Source: Candidatus Pacearchaeota archaeon
GTDB lineage: Archaea; Nanobdellota; Nanobdellia; Pacearchaeales; GW2011-AR1
Assembly: GCA_018304175.1 (NCBI GenBank)
Contig: JAGVWT010000003.1
Coordinates: forward strand, 1-64,000
Direction of reading: 5' to 3'
DNA: 64,000 bases
Shown here: positions 16,704 through 26,715 of the stretch, one piece after another
How positions within the stretch are numbered: position 1 is the first letter of the stretch
Layout of the letters: each line of letters opens with the position of its first letter
Translations under genes and position numbers: made by a program
The notes under the pieces: model-generated
Database searches by the model: none
The model's input: the letters and a program-made list of their open reading frames with translations, nothing else
What the model was told of the DNA's origin: nothing

Positions 16704-17320
16704 CTTACTTTTGAGAATATGTTTTTGTCCACTTTTTCTAATTGATTTTTTATGTTCTGGATTTCTCTTTCCCATTCCTGAAGTTCCATTTCTTCTTCAT
16801 TCTTTTTCTTTTTAATGTCCCTGAGAAGGGATTCAATTTCAGCAATATTCCTTCTCGCCTCTTCAAAAATTTCCAAACTTTCTTGGAACTTATCTAATCT
16901 CACAAAAATAGGCTCCACTTCAATAGCTTTCTTTTGTGCTGGAAATTCAATATCTATTTCCCTTCTTCTGTTTTCAATGATTGGATTTATTCTTTTATTT
17001 TGAAAATTTTGTTTGAATGGAATTTCCCTAAGTGTTTTATTTTGCTGGGGTTTTTGCATCATCATTTCATCGTTAAATGATTCATCTGCTTCAAAACCCC
17101 ATTTGTCACCTTCTTTTCCCCCAGATATTGCGTCTTTTATAGCACTCTTAGAGAATTTTTCTCCGAAAGAATTTTTTGGATAAGACGGAAGTTTTGGAAG
17201 ATTTTGTTTTTCCGAGAAATTCTCCTCCAAATCTGGGAGTTCAGGAAGCTTTGGAGGTTCTGGAAGTTTCGGAAGTTCTGAATCTTTATTTTCTTTTTTC
17301 TCTTTTGTGAACCAACTCAT
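16700..17320 (-). CDS. Hypothetical protein (Pro-rich N-terminus, coiled-coil C-terminus)
   Basis: LPKLPEPPKLPELP repeats; PIFVRLDKFQE then heptad pattern. Confidence 0.75.
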   Translation of the reverse strand: MSWFTKEKKENKDSELPKLPEPPKLPELPDLEENFSEKQNLPKLPSYPKNSFGEKFSKSAIKDAISGGKEGDKWGFEADESFNDEMMMQKPQQNKTLREIPFKQNFQNKRINPIIENRRREIDIEFPAQKKAIEVEPIFVRLDKFQESLEIFEEARRNIAEIESLLRDIKKKKNEEEMELQEWEREIQNIKNQLEKVDKNIFSKVR

Positions 17321-17568
17321 TTTATATACTTTTAAATCTATATTTTAATATATATAATGGAAAATAAGTTTAAAAACTTTTATTTTTGTGGCAGAAAAAT
17401 TTAGTTTTTTCCATGTGTTTTTGCTAAGACAGAAACCGAAATTGAAATTGGAAATTCCGTAACTGTTTCATTTATAGAACCGAAAGGTATATATTTAAAT
17501 TATTTTTGAGATAATAATGTTAAAACTAAAATTAAAGATTTTGTATAAATTATTTAACAAAAGATAAA

Positions 17569-18246
17569 ATGCTTAAGGATTTTCTTAAAGAGATTGTAAC
17601 CCTCGTTGCTGGAAAACCAGCTGAAAATATAGTGGATCTTCTTGTCGGAAATAAGCATGTAAATGAGTTCTTAATCGCGAAGAAAATGAATCTGACTATA
17701 AATCAGACTAGGAATATCTTATACAAACTTTCTGATGAAGGGATTGTTTCTTCAATGAGGAAAAAAGACAGGAGAAAGGGATGGTATATTTACTTCTGGA
17801 AAATTGAAAATCTCAAGTCGCTTGAATTGTTAAGGGAAAATTACAAAAATAAGATTTCTCAAATAAGCCACCAAATAGAAAATCGGGAGAATAAGATATA
17901 TTATGTATGCGAAAAATGTGGTATTGAATTCAACGAGGAAAACGCGCTTCTTAATAATTTTACTTGTCCTGAGTGTGGAAGTGTTTTTGTGATAAAAGAT
18001 AATACTAAATTTATAAAAGAGCTGAAAAAGAATTTTGACAGATATAAAAAGAAGTTGTCTTTAATAGAATCAGAAATTGAGAAAGAAAAACAATTTTCCA
18101 AGAAAAAAATAAAGTTGCCAATAAAAGCAAAGCCAAAAAAGGCGAAAAAGGTATTTAAGGTGAAAAAAGCAAAGAGGCCAAAAAAGAAAATTACCAAAAA
18201 AAAGTCACCTAAAAAAATAAAAAAGAAAATCAAAAAGAAAAGATAA
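17569..18246 (+). CDS. tfe: Transcription factor E alpha with Lys-rich tail
   Basis: wHTH (EFLIAKKMNLTINQTRNILYKL...GWYIYFW) plus CEKC...FTCPECG zinc ribbon. Confidence 0.9.
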   Translation: MLKDFLKEIVTLVAGKPAENIVDLLVGNKHVNEFLIAKKMNLTINQTRNILYKLSDEGIVSSMRKKDRRKGWYIYFWKIENLKSLELLRENYKNKISQISHQIENRENKIYYVCEKCGIEFNEENALLNNFTCPECGSVFVIKDNTKFIKELKKNFDRYKKKLSLIESEIEKEKQFSKKKIKLPIKAKPKKAKKVFKVKKAKRPKKKITKKKSPKKIKKKIKKKR

Positions 18247-18247
18247 A

Positions 18248-18928
18248 ATGCCTGTTTATAAAATTCATAGAAAAAAAAGTCTTTTTTCTGGATTGAGTGT
18301 CAATGCTGTTTTAATCTTAGTTAATGTGGTCTTTTTTGTTTTGGCATTGACTTTGATTAGTTTTGGAGTAATGAACATGGATTATGTAGCATTGAAGCCT
18401 ACAGCAATTTTTCAAGGCCAATATTTGTGGACATTTTTAACAAGTATGTTCATGCACGGGGGATTTTTGCATTTGTTTGTTAATATGTTTTCATTGTTTT
18501 TTGTCGGAAGCTTGACTGAAAAGATTTTGGGGGCGAAAAGATATCTGTGGTTTTATCTTCTTGCAGGTTTGCTTGCAGGCGGATTTTTTGTTTTGTCAGA
18601 ATTTTTGTTTCCCACAGCCCCGGATATTGCAGCTGTTGGAGCTAGTGGTGCTTTGTTTGGTGTTATAGGTCTTTTAATGCTCTTGACTCCTAATTTGCCG
18701 ATTTATATAATGTTTATTCCCACCCCTATAAAAATGAAATATGCTGCTCCAGGAATGTTGATTGTTTTATGGTTAATTTCTGCCGCACCAATGGCGTTTG
18801 GTGCGGAAAGAATTTTAATAGGAAACACTGCACATCTTGGAGGATTGATTGCAGGAATAATTTACGGATTGTACTTAAGGCAAAAATTTCCAAGGAAAAC
18901 TAAAATGCTTAGTACTTATTTCAGATGA
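18248..18928 (+). CDS. Rhomboid intramembrane serine protease
   Basis: W..LTSMFMHGG.LHL.VNM, VGASGA, AHLGG. Confidence 0.95.
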   Translation: MPVYKIHRKKSLFSGLSVNAVLILVNVVFFVLALTLISFGVMNMDYVALKPTAIFQGQYLWTFLTSMFMHGGFLHLFVNMFSLFFVGSLTEKILGAKRYLWFYLLAGLLAGGFFVLSEFLFPTAPDIAAVGASGALFGVIGLLMLLTPNLPIYIMFIPTPIKMKYAAPGMLIVLWLISAAPMAFGAERILIGNTAHLGGLIAGIIYGLYLRQKFPRKTKMLSTYFR

Positions 18929-19524
18929 AAAAAAACAAAAAACACAAGAATTTTTTAGCCCAAAATTACGCTGATAGTTTTGGATATATCAAGGAATCAA
19001 AAAATTTTATTTATCTTTCCATAATCGTCTTTTCGTTTTTTTATCTCTTAGGATTTTTAGTCCAGCCTTCTGATTATATTCTCAGTTTTATAATAGATTT
19101 TGTAGAAGAAATACTTGAAAGAACTAAAGATATGTCTCAAATAGAGCTTATTGAATTTGTATTCCTGAATAATATTCAAAGCTCTTTTTTTGCAATGGTT
19201 TTAGGAATTTTTCTTGGCATATTCCCAATTTTTGTTCTTATATTAAATGGATATGTTGTTGGTTTTGTTTCTTTGATTAGTATTGAAGCCGATGGTGCTT
19301 TCAGCATCTTGAGACTTTTACCTCACGGAATTTTTGAATTACCTGCAATTTTTATATCTGCTGGATTGGGAATAAAGTTAGGAACTTTCTTGTTTCAAAA
19401 AAATAAATATAAATCACTAAAATATTATTTTATTAATTCCTGCAAAGTTTTTTTCCTTGTTGTTTTACCTCTTTTAATCATCGCGGCAATAATTGAGGGT
19501 AGCTTGATATTTTTTGGGAGGTAA
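18925..19524 (+). CDS. SpoIIM/DUF95-family membrane protein
   Basis: FLNN, NGYVVG, LPHGIFELPA, AAIIEG motifs. Confidence 0.88.
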   Translation: MKKNKKHKNFLAQNYADSFGYIKESKNFIYLSIIVFSFFYLLGFLVQPSDYILSFIIDFVEEILERTKDMSQIELIEFVFLNNIQSSFFAMVLGIFLGIFPIFVLILNGYVVGFVSLISIEADGAFSILRLLPHGIFELPAIFISAGLGIKLGTFLFQKNKYKSLKYYFINSCKVFFLVVLPLLIIAAIIEGSLIFFGR

Positions 19525-19525
19525 T

Positions 19526-20011
19526 TTATTCTTTTAGTACAACAATATTGGTCATGCCTCTTCTTTTACGCTCAACAAAACCTCTTCCTTCTAATCTGTC
19601 TATAATTCTTGTCATTTTCGCTTTGCCAAAACCACTCTTTTCAATAAGTTCTGCTTGAAATATTGCTTTGTTATCTTTTATCAACTCCAAAACTTTTTTT
19701 TCTTCATTCTTTAATTCTGAAGTGTCAATTTTAATTTTTTTATTTCCTATTTTTTTAATTATTATTCTTTCAGCTGGCTTGGAAAATATCAAGAACAGTC
19801 CAAGGACTATAAGTAACCCAGCAATTCCTAAGGAAAGGTAAGTTTGTTGATTTATTGTTCCATAAGCTGGACAAACTCCAATTCCGTGCTCCTCTGTTAG
19901 AGGGCATCCTTGGATTATTATCTCTTTCATCGCGTTATTGAATAAAAATATTATAAATATAATTAATATGGAGATACTTAAAATTAAATATCCAACATTT
20001 TTGTTTTCCAT
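19526..20011 (-). CDS. Two-TM membrane protein with C-terminal winged-helix DNA-binding domain
   Basis: Two hydrophobic helices flanking GCPLTEEHGIGVCP; IFQAELIEKSGFGKAKMTRIIDRLEGRGFVER wHTH. Confidence 0.8.
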   Translation of the reverse strand: MENKNVGYLILSISILIIFIIFLFNNAMKEIIIQGCPLTEEHGIGVCPAYGTINQQTYLSLGIAGLLIVLGLFLIFSKPAERIIIKKIGNKKIKIDTSELKNEEKKVLELIKDNKAIFQAELIEKSGFGKAKMTRIIDRLEGRGFVERKRRGMTNIVVLKE

Positions 20012-20051
20012 AAATTAACTGAATTTCTTTGTTTTAATAATCTTTTGGAAC

Positions 20052-20065
20052 TGAAACTAGTTTCA
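20052..20065. promoter_or_regulatory. Perfect 14-bp palindrome, candidate operator
   Basis: TGAAACTAGTTTCA between the divergent wHTH gene and the copper operon, about 10 nt upstream of a TTTTATA box. Confidence 0.55.
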
Positions 20066-20102
20066 CAAAAGTGTTTTTATAGTAATCTTCTTATTTTATT
20101 TT

Positions 20103-20777
20103 ATGTCGTTTAAAAAATTTTCAAGCTATGTAAGTGAGGAGGAGAATTTAGTCAGGGCTATTTTTGTTTCCCTGTTAAGCTCATTTATTATTTTGGCGTT
20201 TTTTTATTTTTTAATATTAAAGAATATAATAGATTTTATCCCAAATTACGGGTTTTTTTTGTTTTTTGCCATTTTAAGCTACGCTTTTATAATTCCCTCT
20301 ATAAAGCATATTAGAATATACGGAGAATTTGCGTGCATGTCGGGGATGATTATTGGGATGACTATTGGTATGATTTCTGGGTTTCTTGGGGGATTTTACG
20401 TCGGTTCTACTAATGGAATGTTTTGGGGCAGTGTTTTTGGTATGTCAGTTGGAATGTTTTTTGGCATATCAAACGGAAAGTGTTGCGGAATTATGGGAAT
20501 TATTGAAGGGGTATTGGCTGGTTTTATGGGTGGCTTAATGGGGGGAATGACTGCCTTGATGTTATTGAATGATAATTTAAAGTACATGGCTGTAATTGTG
20601 TTTTTTATTTCAGTATTAACTTTATCCGGATTGAATTACATGATTTATAAGGAAACAAGAGAAATAAAAGATAAGAGAAGAGAAAATGATTTCTTTACAA
20701 TATTCTGGAGTGTATTGCTTACAACTATTACAGTATGGTTCATGGTTTTTGGACCAAGGAGCGTTTTATTTCAATGA
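20103..20777 (+). CDS. Met/Gly/Cys-rich polytopic membrane protein (copper operon)
   Basis: FACMSGMIIGMTIGM, GKCCGIMG, GFMGGLMGGM in TM segments. Confidence 0.75.
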   Translation: MSFKKFSSYVSEEENLVRAIFVSLLSSFIILAFFYFLILKNIIDFIPNYGFFLFFAILSYAFIIPSIKHIRIYGEFACMSGMIIGMTIGMISGFLGGFYVGSTNGMFWGSVFGMSVGMFFGISNGKCCGIMGIIEGVLAGFMGGLMGGMTALMLLNDNLKYMAVIVFFISVLTLSGLNYMIYKETREIKDKRRENDFFTIFWSVLLTTITVWFMVFGPRSVLFQ

Positions 20778-21154
20778 AAACTGGAAAAATAATGTTTTAT
20801 ATTATTGGAGTAATCTTTTTAGTCTCAGTCTCAGGTTATTTTATGTTGGGAAATTCTGAAGTGAGTAAAGATGATTACAATGATGAAAGTGGGGAATTCC
20901 AAAAAGTTGTGATAGGAATGAAAGGTTTTAATTATTATCCGAATACCATAACTGTAAAAGAAGGAATTCCTGTTAGAATTTATCTTGATGAAAGTGTTGT
21001 CGGTTGTCTTAGATCATTTACAATTCCTGAATTTGGTGTTGCAAAATATTTAAAGACACAAGAAGATTATGTTGAATTCACGCCAAATAAAAAAGGAACT
21101 TTTAAGTTTGCCTGTTCTATGAACATGGGAACCGGAACGTTAATAGTTGAATGA
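20774..21154 (+). CDS. Cupredoxin-domain protein
   Basis: Signal anchor; YYPNTITVKEG.PVRI, GCL, FKFACSMNMGTG. Confidence 0.85.
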   Translation: MKTGKIMFYIIGVIFLVSVSGYFMLGNSEVSKDDYNDESGEFQKVVIGMKGFNYYPNTITVKEGIPVRIYLDESVVGCLRSFTIPEFGVAKYLKTQEDYVEFTPNKKGTFKFACSMNMGTGTLIVE

Positions 21155-21166
21155 AAGGAGGAAAAC

Positions 21167-21400
21167 ATGAAAAACAACAATAATTTGCTGATGTTGGTTC
21201 TTGGAATAGTTGTGTTGCTGATTTTGTTCAGCGGATTCGGAACAATGAACTACGGTTATGGCGGGATGATGGGAATGATGTACGGTAACTACGGGGGTGG
21301 TATGATGCTTTTTGGCTGGCTCTTCGGAGTTTTAATTTTGATAGTGTTAGTGCTTTTAATAGTATGGTTGCTCCAACAAATACAAAATCCAAGGAGATAA
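21167..21400 (+). CDS. Small two-TM protein with Met/Gly-rich loop
   Basis: GGAGG SD; GYGGMMGMMYG loop. Confidence 0.75.
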   Translation: MKNNNNLLMLVLGIVVLLILFSGFGTMNYGYGGMMGMMYGNYGGGMMLFGWLFGVLILIVLVLLIVWLLQQIQNPRR

Positions 21401-21401
21401 A

Positions 21402-21614
21402 ATGAAAATAAAACTGAAAATCGAGGGAATGCATTGTGCCAGCTGTGCTTCAAATACAGAAAAAAGTCTGAAAAAAATTTCTGGTATCAAGGAAGCAAGC
21501 GTAAGTTTAATGACAAAAAAAGGGATTGTTGAATCAGACGCGGAAATTAACGATGAGGAATTAAAAAAAGCTGTGGCACGGGTAGGATATAAATTAATTG
21601 GGATTGAGAGATGA
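21402..21614 (+). CDS. copZ: Heavy-metal-associated copper chaperone
   Basis: IEGMHCASC HMA motif; 70 aa. Confidence 0.9.
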   Translation: MKIKLKIEGMHCASCASNTEKSLKKISGIKEASVSLMTKKGIVESDAEINDEELKKAVARVGYKLIGIER

Positions 21615-22180
21615 AAAACAAGAGTTTTTATTTGGCTCTGGTTGGGATTTTTATAATTTTAATTTTTATTGCATTTTTCTCTTTTCAAAAAACAGAGACA
21701 AAAAACATTGACGTGGAGAATCTTGAAGAACTTGAAGCAAAATTTTCTTTATTAAATGATGAAAGAACTAATTTTTGCGCAGGACCTGAGATTGTTTCTG
21801 TTGTGGATTCAGAGAGGCTACAGGGAAGCTGTTGTTCTGCAATGGATTTTCATAGATATACAGAGCAAATAGAAGGCCTGAAAAAATTTTCGTATATTGA
21901 AGAAATTCCAAAAGATCCTTATGACATTCCAAAAAAATGGGCAGATGAGTTTATAGAATATTATCAGACAGATTTGGTAGTTGAACAACAGAAAATTTAC
22001 GACGATGCTTCTGAAATTTCTGATGAAAAAGGACCTTGCTGTTGCAAATGCTGGAGATGGTACGCCTACGGTGGTTTGGCAAAATATTTAATAGTAAATT
22101 ATGACTTCACTGCCGAGCAAATAGCGGAAGTCTGGGATTTATCTGATGGTTGCGGAGGTTCAGGACATAGTCACATATGA
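21611..22180 (+). CDS. Membrane-anchored Cys-rich protein of unknown function
   Basis: N-terminal TM; [19 protein letters not shown] (9 Cys); translationally coupled to neighbours. Confidence 0.8.
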   Translation: MKNKSFYLALVGIFIILIFIAFFSFQKTETKNIDVENLEELEAKFSLLNDERTNFCAGPEIVSVVDSERLQGSCCSAMDFHRYTEQIEGLKKFSYIEEIPKDPYDIPKKWADEFIEYYQTDLVVEQQKIYDDASEISDEKGPCCCKCWRWYAYGGLAKYLIVNYDFTAEQIAEVWDLSDGCGGSGHSHI

Positions 22181-24165
22181 AAATGGAAGAAATGGGTCGC
22201 GAACACGAACAATCTATGGAAATTAATTCACATCACCATTCCGAGCCGCTAGAAGATTCTGAAATAAAATCTTGGTTTAAAAGAACAGTTTGGTCCTGGA
22301 TATTTACAATTCCGATTGCAATATTCATGCTCTCGCAAAGGTTGTTTGGGATTAGCTTAATCCCAGAAAATTATTTGGTTGCTGTCCTGTTAATTTTGGC
22401 TTTTCCTGTTGTTTTTGTTTTTGGATTTGATACTATTAAAGGCGGATTAAGGGGATTGTTTACTTTTTATTTTAATATGGACTCGTTGATAGCTTTGGGA
22501 ACAATAGTGGCTTATCTTACAGGTATTTTCAGTTTTTTTGGAATCGTTGATGATTATTCTGGAGTTGCAGGGATGATAATGGCTTTTTTTACTACAGGAA
22601 AATATGTTGAATCTCTTGCAAGAGGTCGTGCAGGAAGGGAAATAAAAAAACTTCTAGAGCTTGGAGCAAAAAATGCTAAAATTATTAAAGGAAAAGAAGA
22701 AATTGAAATCCCTGTTATTGAAGTTAAAGTTGGAGATGTAATGATTGTAAGACCGGGAGAAAAGATACCCACTGATGGGACTATTGTAAAGGGATACAGC
22801 AGCGTCGATGAATCAATGATTACCGGAGAAAGTTTGCCTGTTGATAAAAAAGTTGGAAGCAATGTTATTGGATCTACTGTAAATCAGGACGGTGTCCTTT
22901 ATGTGAAAGCAACAAAAGTTGGGAAAGATACTTTTCTCGCGCATATAATAGAATTAGTTGAAGAGGCGCAAGGAACTAAAATTCCAATACAAAAATTGGC
23001 AGATAAAATCACAAGTATTTTTGTTCCATCTATTTTAGTAATTTCAATATTAACTTTTGGAGCTTGGTGGTTTTTTACTAATGACATAAGCCGGGCTGTT
23101 GGAGTTTCCGTTGCTGTTTTAGTTATTGCTTGTCCATGTGCATTAGGATTAGCAACTCCTACTGCATTAATGGTTGGAAGCGGAATGGGTGCAAAACGAG
23201 GCATTCTGATAAGGAAAGGAGAAGCGATTCAGACTATGAAAGAAATCAAAATAATAATATTCGATAAAACAGGGACAATAACAAAAGGAAGACCTGAAGT
23301 GAGAAAACTTTATTCTACAGTTAAAGAAAGTTACTTGTTGGAAATTGCATCTTCAATGGAAAGATTTAGTGAGCATTCAATAGCTAAAGCGATAATTGAA
23401 AAAGCAAAATTGAAAAAATTTAGGGAAGTCAAAAATTTCAGAGTTTTAAGAGGAAAAGGGGTTGAAGGAACCATGGGAAAAAACAGGATTATTATTGGAA
23501 ATAAATTATTGATGAATGAAAATAAAATTTCTTTGAAAGATTTTGAAGATAAATTAGATAATTTTGAAAATCAAGGTTATACTGTAGTAATAGTGTCTTC
23601 AGATAAAAAAGTGATAGGAATTATTGGTGTTGCAGATAATATCAAGGAAGATTCTGCAAGGGCGATGGCTCTCCTTAATGTTAAAGGTTATAGAACAATT
23701 ATGATTACTGGGGATAATGAAAGAACTGCTAAGACAATTGCAAATGAAGTTGGAATAAAAGAAGTTATAGCAAATGTTCTCCCAGAAGACAAAGCAAAAA
23801 AAGTTGAAGAATTGCAAAAACATGGTATGGTTGCCTTTGTCGGCGACGGAATAAATGATGCTCCTGCATTGAAGCAAAGCAATGTCGGAATTGCAATGGG
23901 AACAGGAACAGATGTTGCAATTGAATCAGGAGATATTGTTCTCGTAAAAGGATCTTTAACAGGTGTTGTTCAGGCGATAATATTAAGTAAAGCAACTTTT
24001 AGAAAAATAAAACAGAATTTGTTTTGGGCTTTTGCTTACAATACCATCGCAATTCCCGTCGCTGTTTTAGGGTTGCTTCATCCTGTTATTGCGGAGATAG
24101 CGATGGCTTTATCTTCTATAACTGTTGTCGTGAATGCAAATCTCTTAAGAAGGCAAACAATATAA
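22177..24165 (+). CDS. copA: Cu(I)-translocating P1B-type ATPase
   Basis: [29 protein letters not shown] and MALSS; His-rich short N-terminus instead of an HMA domain. Confidence 0.95.
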   Translation: MKMEEMGREHEQSMEINSHHHSEPLEDSEIKSWFKRTVWSWIFTIPIAIFMLSQRLFGISLIPENYLVAVLLILAFPVVFVFGFDTIKGGLRGLFTFYFNMDSLIALGTIVAYLTGIFSFFGIVDDYSGVAGMIMAFFTTGKYVESLARGRAGREIKKLLELGAKNAKIIKGKEEIEIPVIEVKVGDVMIVRPGEKIPTDGTIVKGYSSVDESMITGESLPVDKKVGSNVIGSTVNQDGVLYVKATKVGKDTFLAHIIELVEEAQGTKIPIQKLADKITSIFVPSILVISILTFGAWWFFTNDISRAVGVSVAVLVIACPCALGLATPTALMVGSGMGAKRGILIRKGEAIQTMKEIKIIIFDKTGTITKGRPEVRKLYSTVKESYLLEIASSMERFSEHSIAKAIIEKAKLKKFREVKNFRVLRGKGVEGTMGKNRIIIGNKLLMNENKISLKDFEDKLDNFENQGYTVVIVSSDKKVIGIIGVADNIKEDSARAMALLNVKGYRTIMITGDNERTAKTIANEVGIKEVIANVLPEDKAKKVEELQKHGMVAFVGDGINDAPALKQSNVGIAMGTGTDVAIESGDIVLVKGSLTGVVQAIILSKATFRKIKQNLFWAFAYNTIAIPVAVLGLLHPVIAEIAMALSSITVVVNANLLRRQTI

Positions 24166-24265
24166 ATTTTGATAGCATCGGTAAAAGTTAGATTTAAATA
24201 CTGTTTTTACATGTTAAATACATATTAAATTAAATAAAAGGAAAATTAAATAAAAGGAGGTTAGA

Positions 24266-24400
24266 ATGAACGATTGGAAAAGGTGGTTGATCGTTTTGGG
24301 AGGAGTTGTTGCTGTAGTTGGACAATTCTGGGGAGCAGAGTTTTACCTACCATTAATCGGCGGGGCAGTAGCAGCAATCCTTGCATTAATCCCTGATTAA
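24266..24400 (+). CDS. 44-aa two-TM micro-protein (not in ORF track)
   Basis: AAAGGAGGT SD 4 nt before ATG; MNDWKRWLIVLGGVVAVVGQFWGAEFYLPLIGGAVAAILALIPD*. Confidence 0.8.
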   Translation: MNDWKRWLIVLGGVVAVVGQFWGAEFYLPLIGGAVAAILALIPD

Positions 24401-24481
24401 AATTTATTTTTTATTTATAATTTATTATAATTAGAAGTATTTTATATTTCTATAGAAACAGTTTTAGATAAATGTGTAAAA

Positions 24482-24922
24482 TTAGTCTAATCTGTCATAC
24501 GGCGATTTGTTCAACTCATTTGCAACTCTTCTGATGCTGTAAACTGCAAATGCAAAAAACATTATACTTATTGTTACCATAGCGTTGCTTAGGTTCATTT
24601 CAAAAGGTAGAGGGAAAAGCTGTAATCTTATGAAGACAAGCGTGTATGTTAAAGCCAATGACTGGAAAAAAATTCCCCAGACGATGAATACAAAACCAGT
24701 TTTTAAGTCTCCTTGAAAAGGAGAGAGGCTTAACATAAATAAAATTAATATTATTACTCCAATCATAAATCCAACAGCATCAATTAAAGTCAGTGCAAGG
24801 AAGGTATCACCTAGTTCAATCGACAAAGATGTTTCTTCAGCAGTTTCCTGAGCTGAGACAATGCTCGTGACTAGAGCTAAAAAGAATAAAGACAAGAGCA
24901 TAATATTAAATAATTTTCTCAT
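24482..24922 (-). CDS. Hypothetical membrane protein
   Basis: Signal-like N-terminus and three further hydrophobic segments. Confidence 0.65.
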   Translation of the reverse strand: MRKLFNIMLLSLFFLALVTSIVSAQETAEETSLSIELGDTFLALTLIDAVGFMIGVIILILFMLSLSPFQGDLKTGFVFIVWGIFFQSLALTYTLVFIRLQLFPLPFEMNLSNAMVTISIMFFAFAVYSIRRVANELNKSPYDRLD

Positions 24923-25027
24923 TTTTCTAATTCAAAATAGAATTATAATTTTAAATATCTTGTCTTTAGAGAAGCTTTGTAAAATAAGTCGCTCTTGTAA
25001 AAAAGTCCTTTAGGGGGATCAGCACTT

Positions 25028-25243
25028 TTATCTTGCGTCTTTAATGTTTTTTTCAAGTATCTTTTTTAATACCTCTCCCAACACCCAATAATTTTTTTCA
25101 CTTTCAATTTCTTTAACGTAAGCTGAATTATACTGTGAGTTTTTTATTGCACTTATGACAATGCCTGCTCCAAGTAAAGTTCCCATTACTATCGCGAGTG
25201 TGTAATCAAATACTTTTGAGTTTAAACAATATCTTTGAATCAT
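25028..25243 (-). CDS. Small hypothetical membrane protein
   Basis: One TM segment. Confidence 0.5.
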   Translation of the reverse strand: MIQRYCLNSKVFDYTLAIVMGTLLGAGIVISAIKNSQYNSAYVKEIESEKNYWVLGEVLKKILEKNIKDAR

Positions 25244-25279
25244 TTTATCTTTTATTGAATTAACAATGTGTTTTATAAA

Positions 25280-25495
25280 TCAATCTTTCAAATCATTAAT
25301 TCCTAAAAATATCAACAGAATTCCTATAAGCATCAACAGCCAGAATATTCCTCCTTTGAGGAAAACCCATGCAGGGTTCAGGAAGTTGAAATCTTTGCCG
25401 AATAGAGTCCAGTCATATGTTGAAGATGCCCAAGCAATGAAAATCACACCAACTACAACTATTAGCCCAACCAATATTTCTATCCATTTATTCAT
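25280..25495 (-). CDS. Small two-TM hypothetical protein
   Basis: Two hydrophobic helices, ends GINDLKD. Confidence 0.7.
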   Translation of the reverse strand: MNKWIEILVGLIVVVGVIFIAWASSTYDWTLFGKDFNFLNPAWVFLKGGIFWLLMLIGILLIFLGINDLKD

Positions 25496-25575
25496 TATTT
25501 TTATGATGTTTTTTTATTTAAAAAGATTTATGTGTTTTTAGTTAAGCTTAAAAATTACCTATATTTACGTAATTC

Positions 25576-26574
25576 ATGAAAAATACAGGTAAAAACACAG
25601 AGAAAATTTCAAGGGAGAACATACTAAAAAACTCCAAGGAAATAGATGGAATTTCAATTAAGGGGTATAATTTTAACAAAGGGGTAAATTATGAAGGGAT
25701 TTTAGACAGCTATTTGTCGACAGGTTTTCAGGCAAGCCACTTTGCAAAGGCAGTTGAGATAATAAACAGCATGATTAAAGACAAAGCCACTGTTTTTCTT
25801 GGATGCAGTTCAAATTTAGTCACATCTGGAATAAGGGATATTGTAAGATATTTAGCAGAACATAAAAAAATTGATGTTTTTGTTACAACAGCAGGGGGCA
25901 TTGAGGAAGACATAATAAAATGCTTTGGAGATTTCAAGTTGGGAAAATTTTCTGCTTCTGGAGAATTGCTTAGGGAACAGGGAATTAACAGGACAGGAAA
26001 TATTTTTATTCCAAATTCAAGATATGTTGAATATGAAAAATTCATGAACAAAATTTTGGAGGAAATTTATGATGAACAAAAGAGAACAGGAGAAATAATC
26101 TCTGTTTCTGAGTTCATTAAAATTCTAGGAAAGGAAATAAACAACAAAGATAGTATTTTGTATTGGTGCTGGAAAAATGACATCAAGGTTTATTGTCCTG
26201 CGATAACAGATGGCTCTACAGGAGATATGGTGCATTTTTTTATGTACAAAAATCCTGATTTGAAAATGGATATTTTCAAGGACATTCACGATTTGAATGA
26301 ATACACAACCACGAGAAAAAAAACAGGAATTATAATTCTTGGAAAAGGAATAATGAAGCACCATATTTGCAATGCGAACCTTATGAGAAACGGAGCTGAT
26401 TATGCAGTTTACATAAATACAGGAGAAGAATGGGACGGTGCTGATTCTAATGCAAGGCCTGATGAAGCTGTTTCATGGGGAAAAATCCAACAAAATAAAG
26501 GAGAAGCAATAAAAGTTTTTGGAGATGCGACAATTTTGTTTCCTTTGCTTGTGGCAAAGACTTTCGCAAAATAA
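25576..26574 (+). CDS. dys: Deoxyhypusine synthase
   Basis: STGFQASH, TTAGGIEED, CPAITDGSTGD, KHHICNAN, DGADSNARPDEAVSWGK. Confidence 0.95.
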   Translation: MKNTGKNTEKISRENILKNSKEIDGISIKGYNFNKGVNYEGILDSYLSTGFQASHFAKAVEIINSMIKDKATVFLGCSSNLVTSGIRDIVRYLAEHKKIDVFVTTAGGIEEDIIKCFGDFKLGKFSASGELLREQGINRTGNIFIPNSRYVEYEKFMNKILEEIYDEQKRTGEIISVSEFIKILGKEINNKDSILYWCWKNDIKVYCPAITDGSTGDMVHFFMYKNPDLKMDIFKDIHDLNEYTTTRKKTGIIILGKGIMKHHICNANLMRNGADYAVYINTGEEWDGADSNARPDEAVSWGKIQQNKGEAIKVFGDATILFPLLVAKTFAK

Positions 26575-26715
26575 AAAATTAAGATGAAAATAAAATCAAC
26601 CTTACTAAAAACTTTCCCACCAACCCTAACCCCAACCATCCACCCTTAAATTGATAATCTAATCTAAAAATACAAAAATTCTTTAATCATTAAAATATAA
26701 ATCAATATCAATAAT

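Noticed and set aside
24980-25030. aaaagt...actttt stem near 25000
   Set aside because: Short and weak; indistinguishable from chance in AT-rich DNA.
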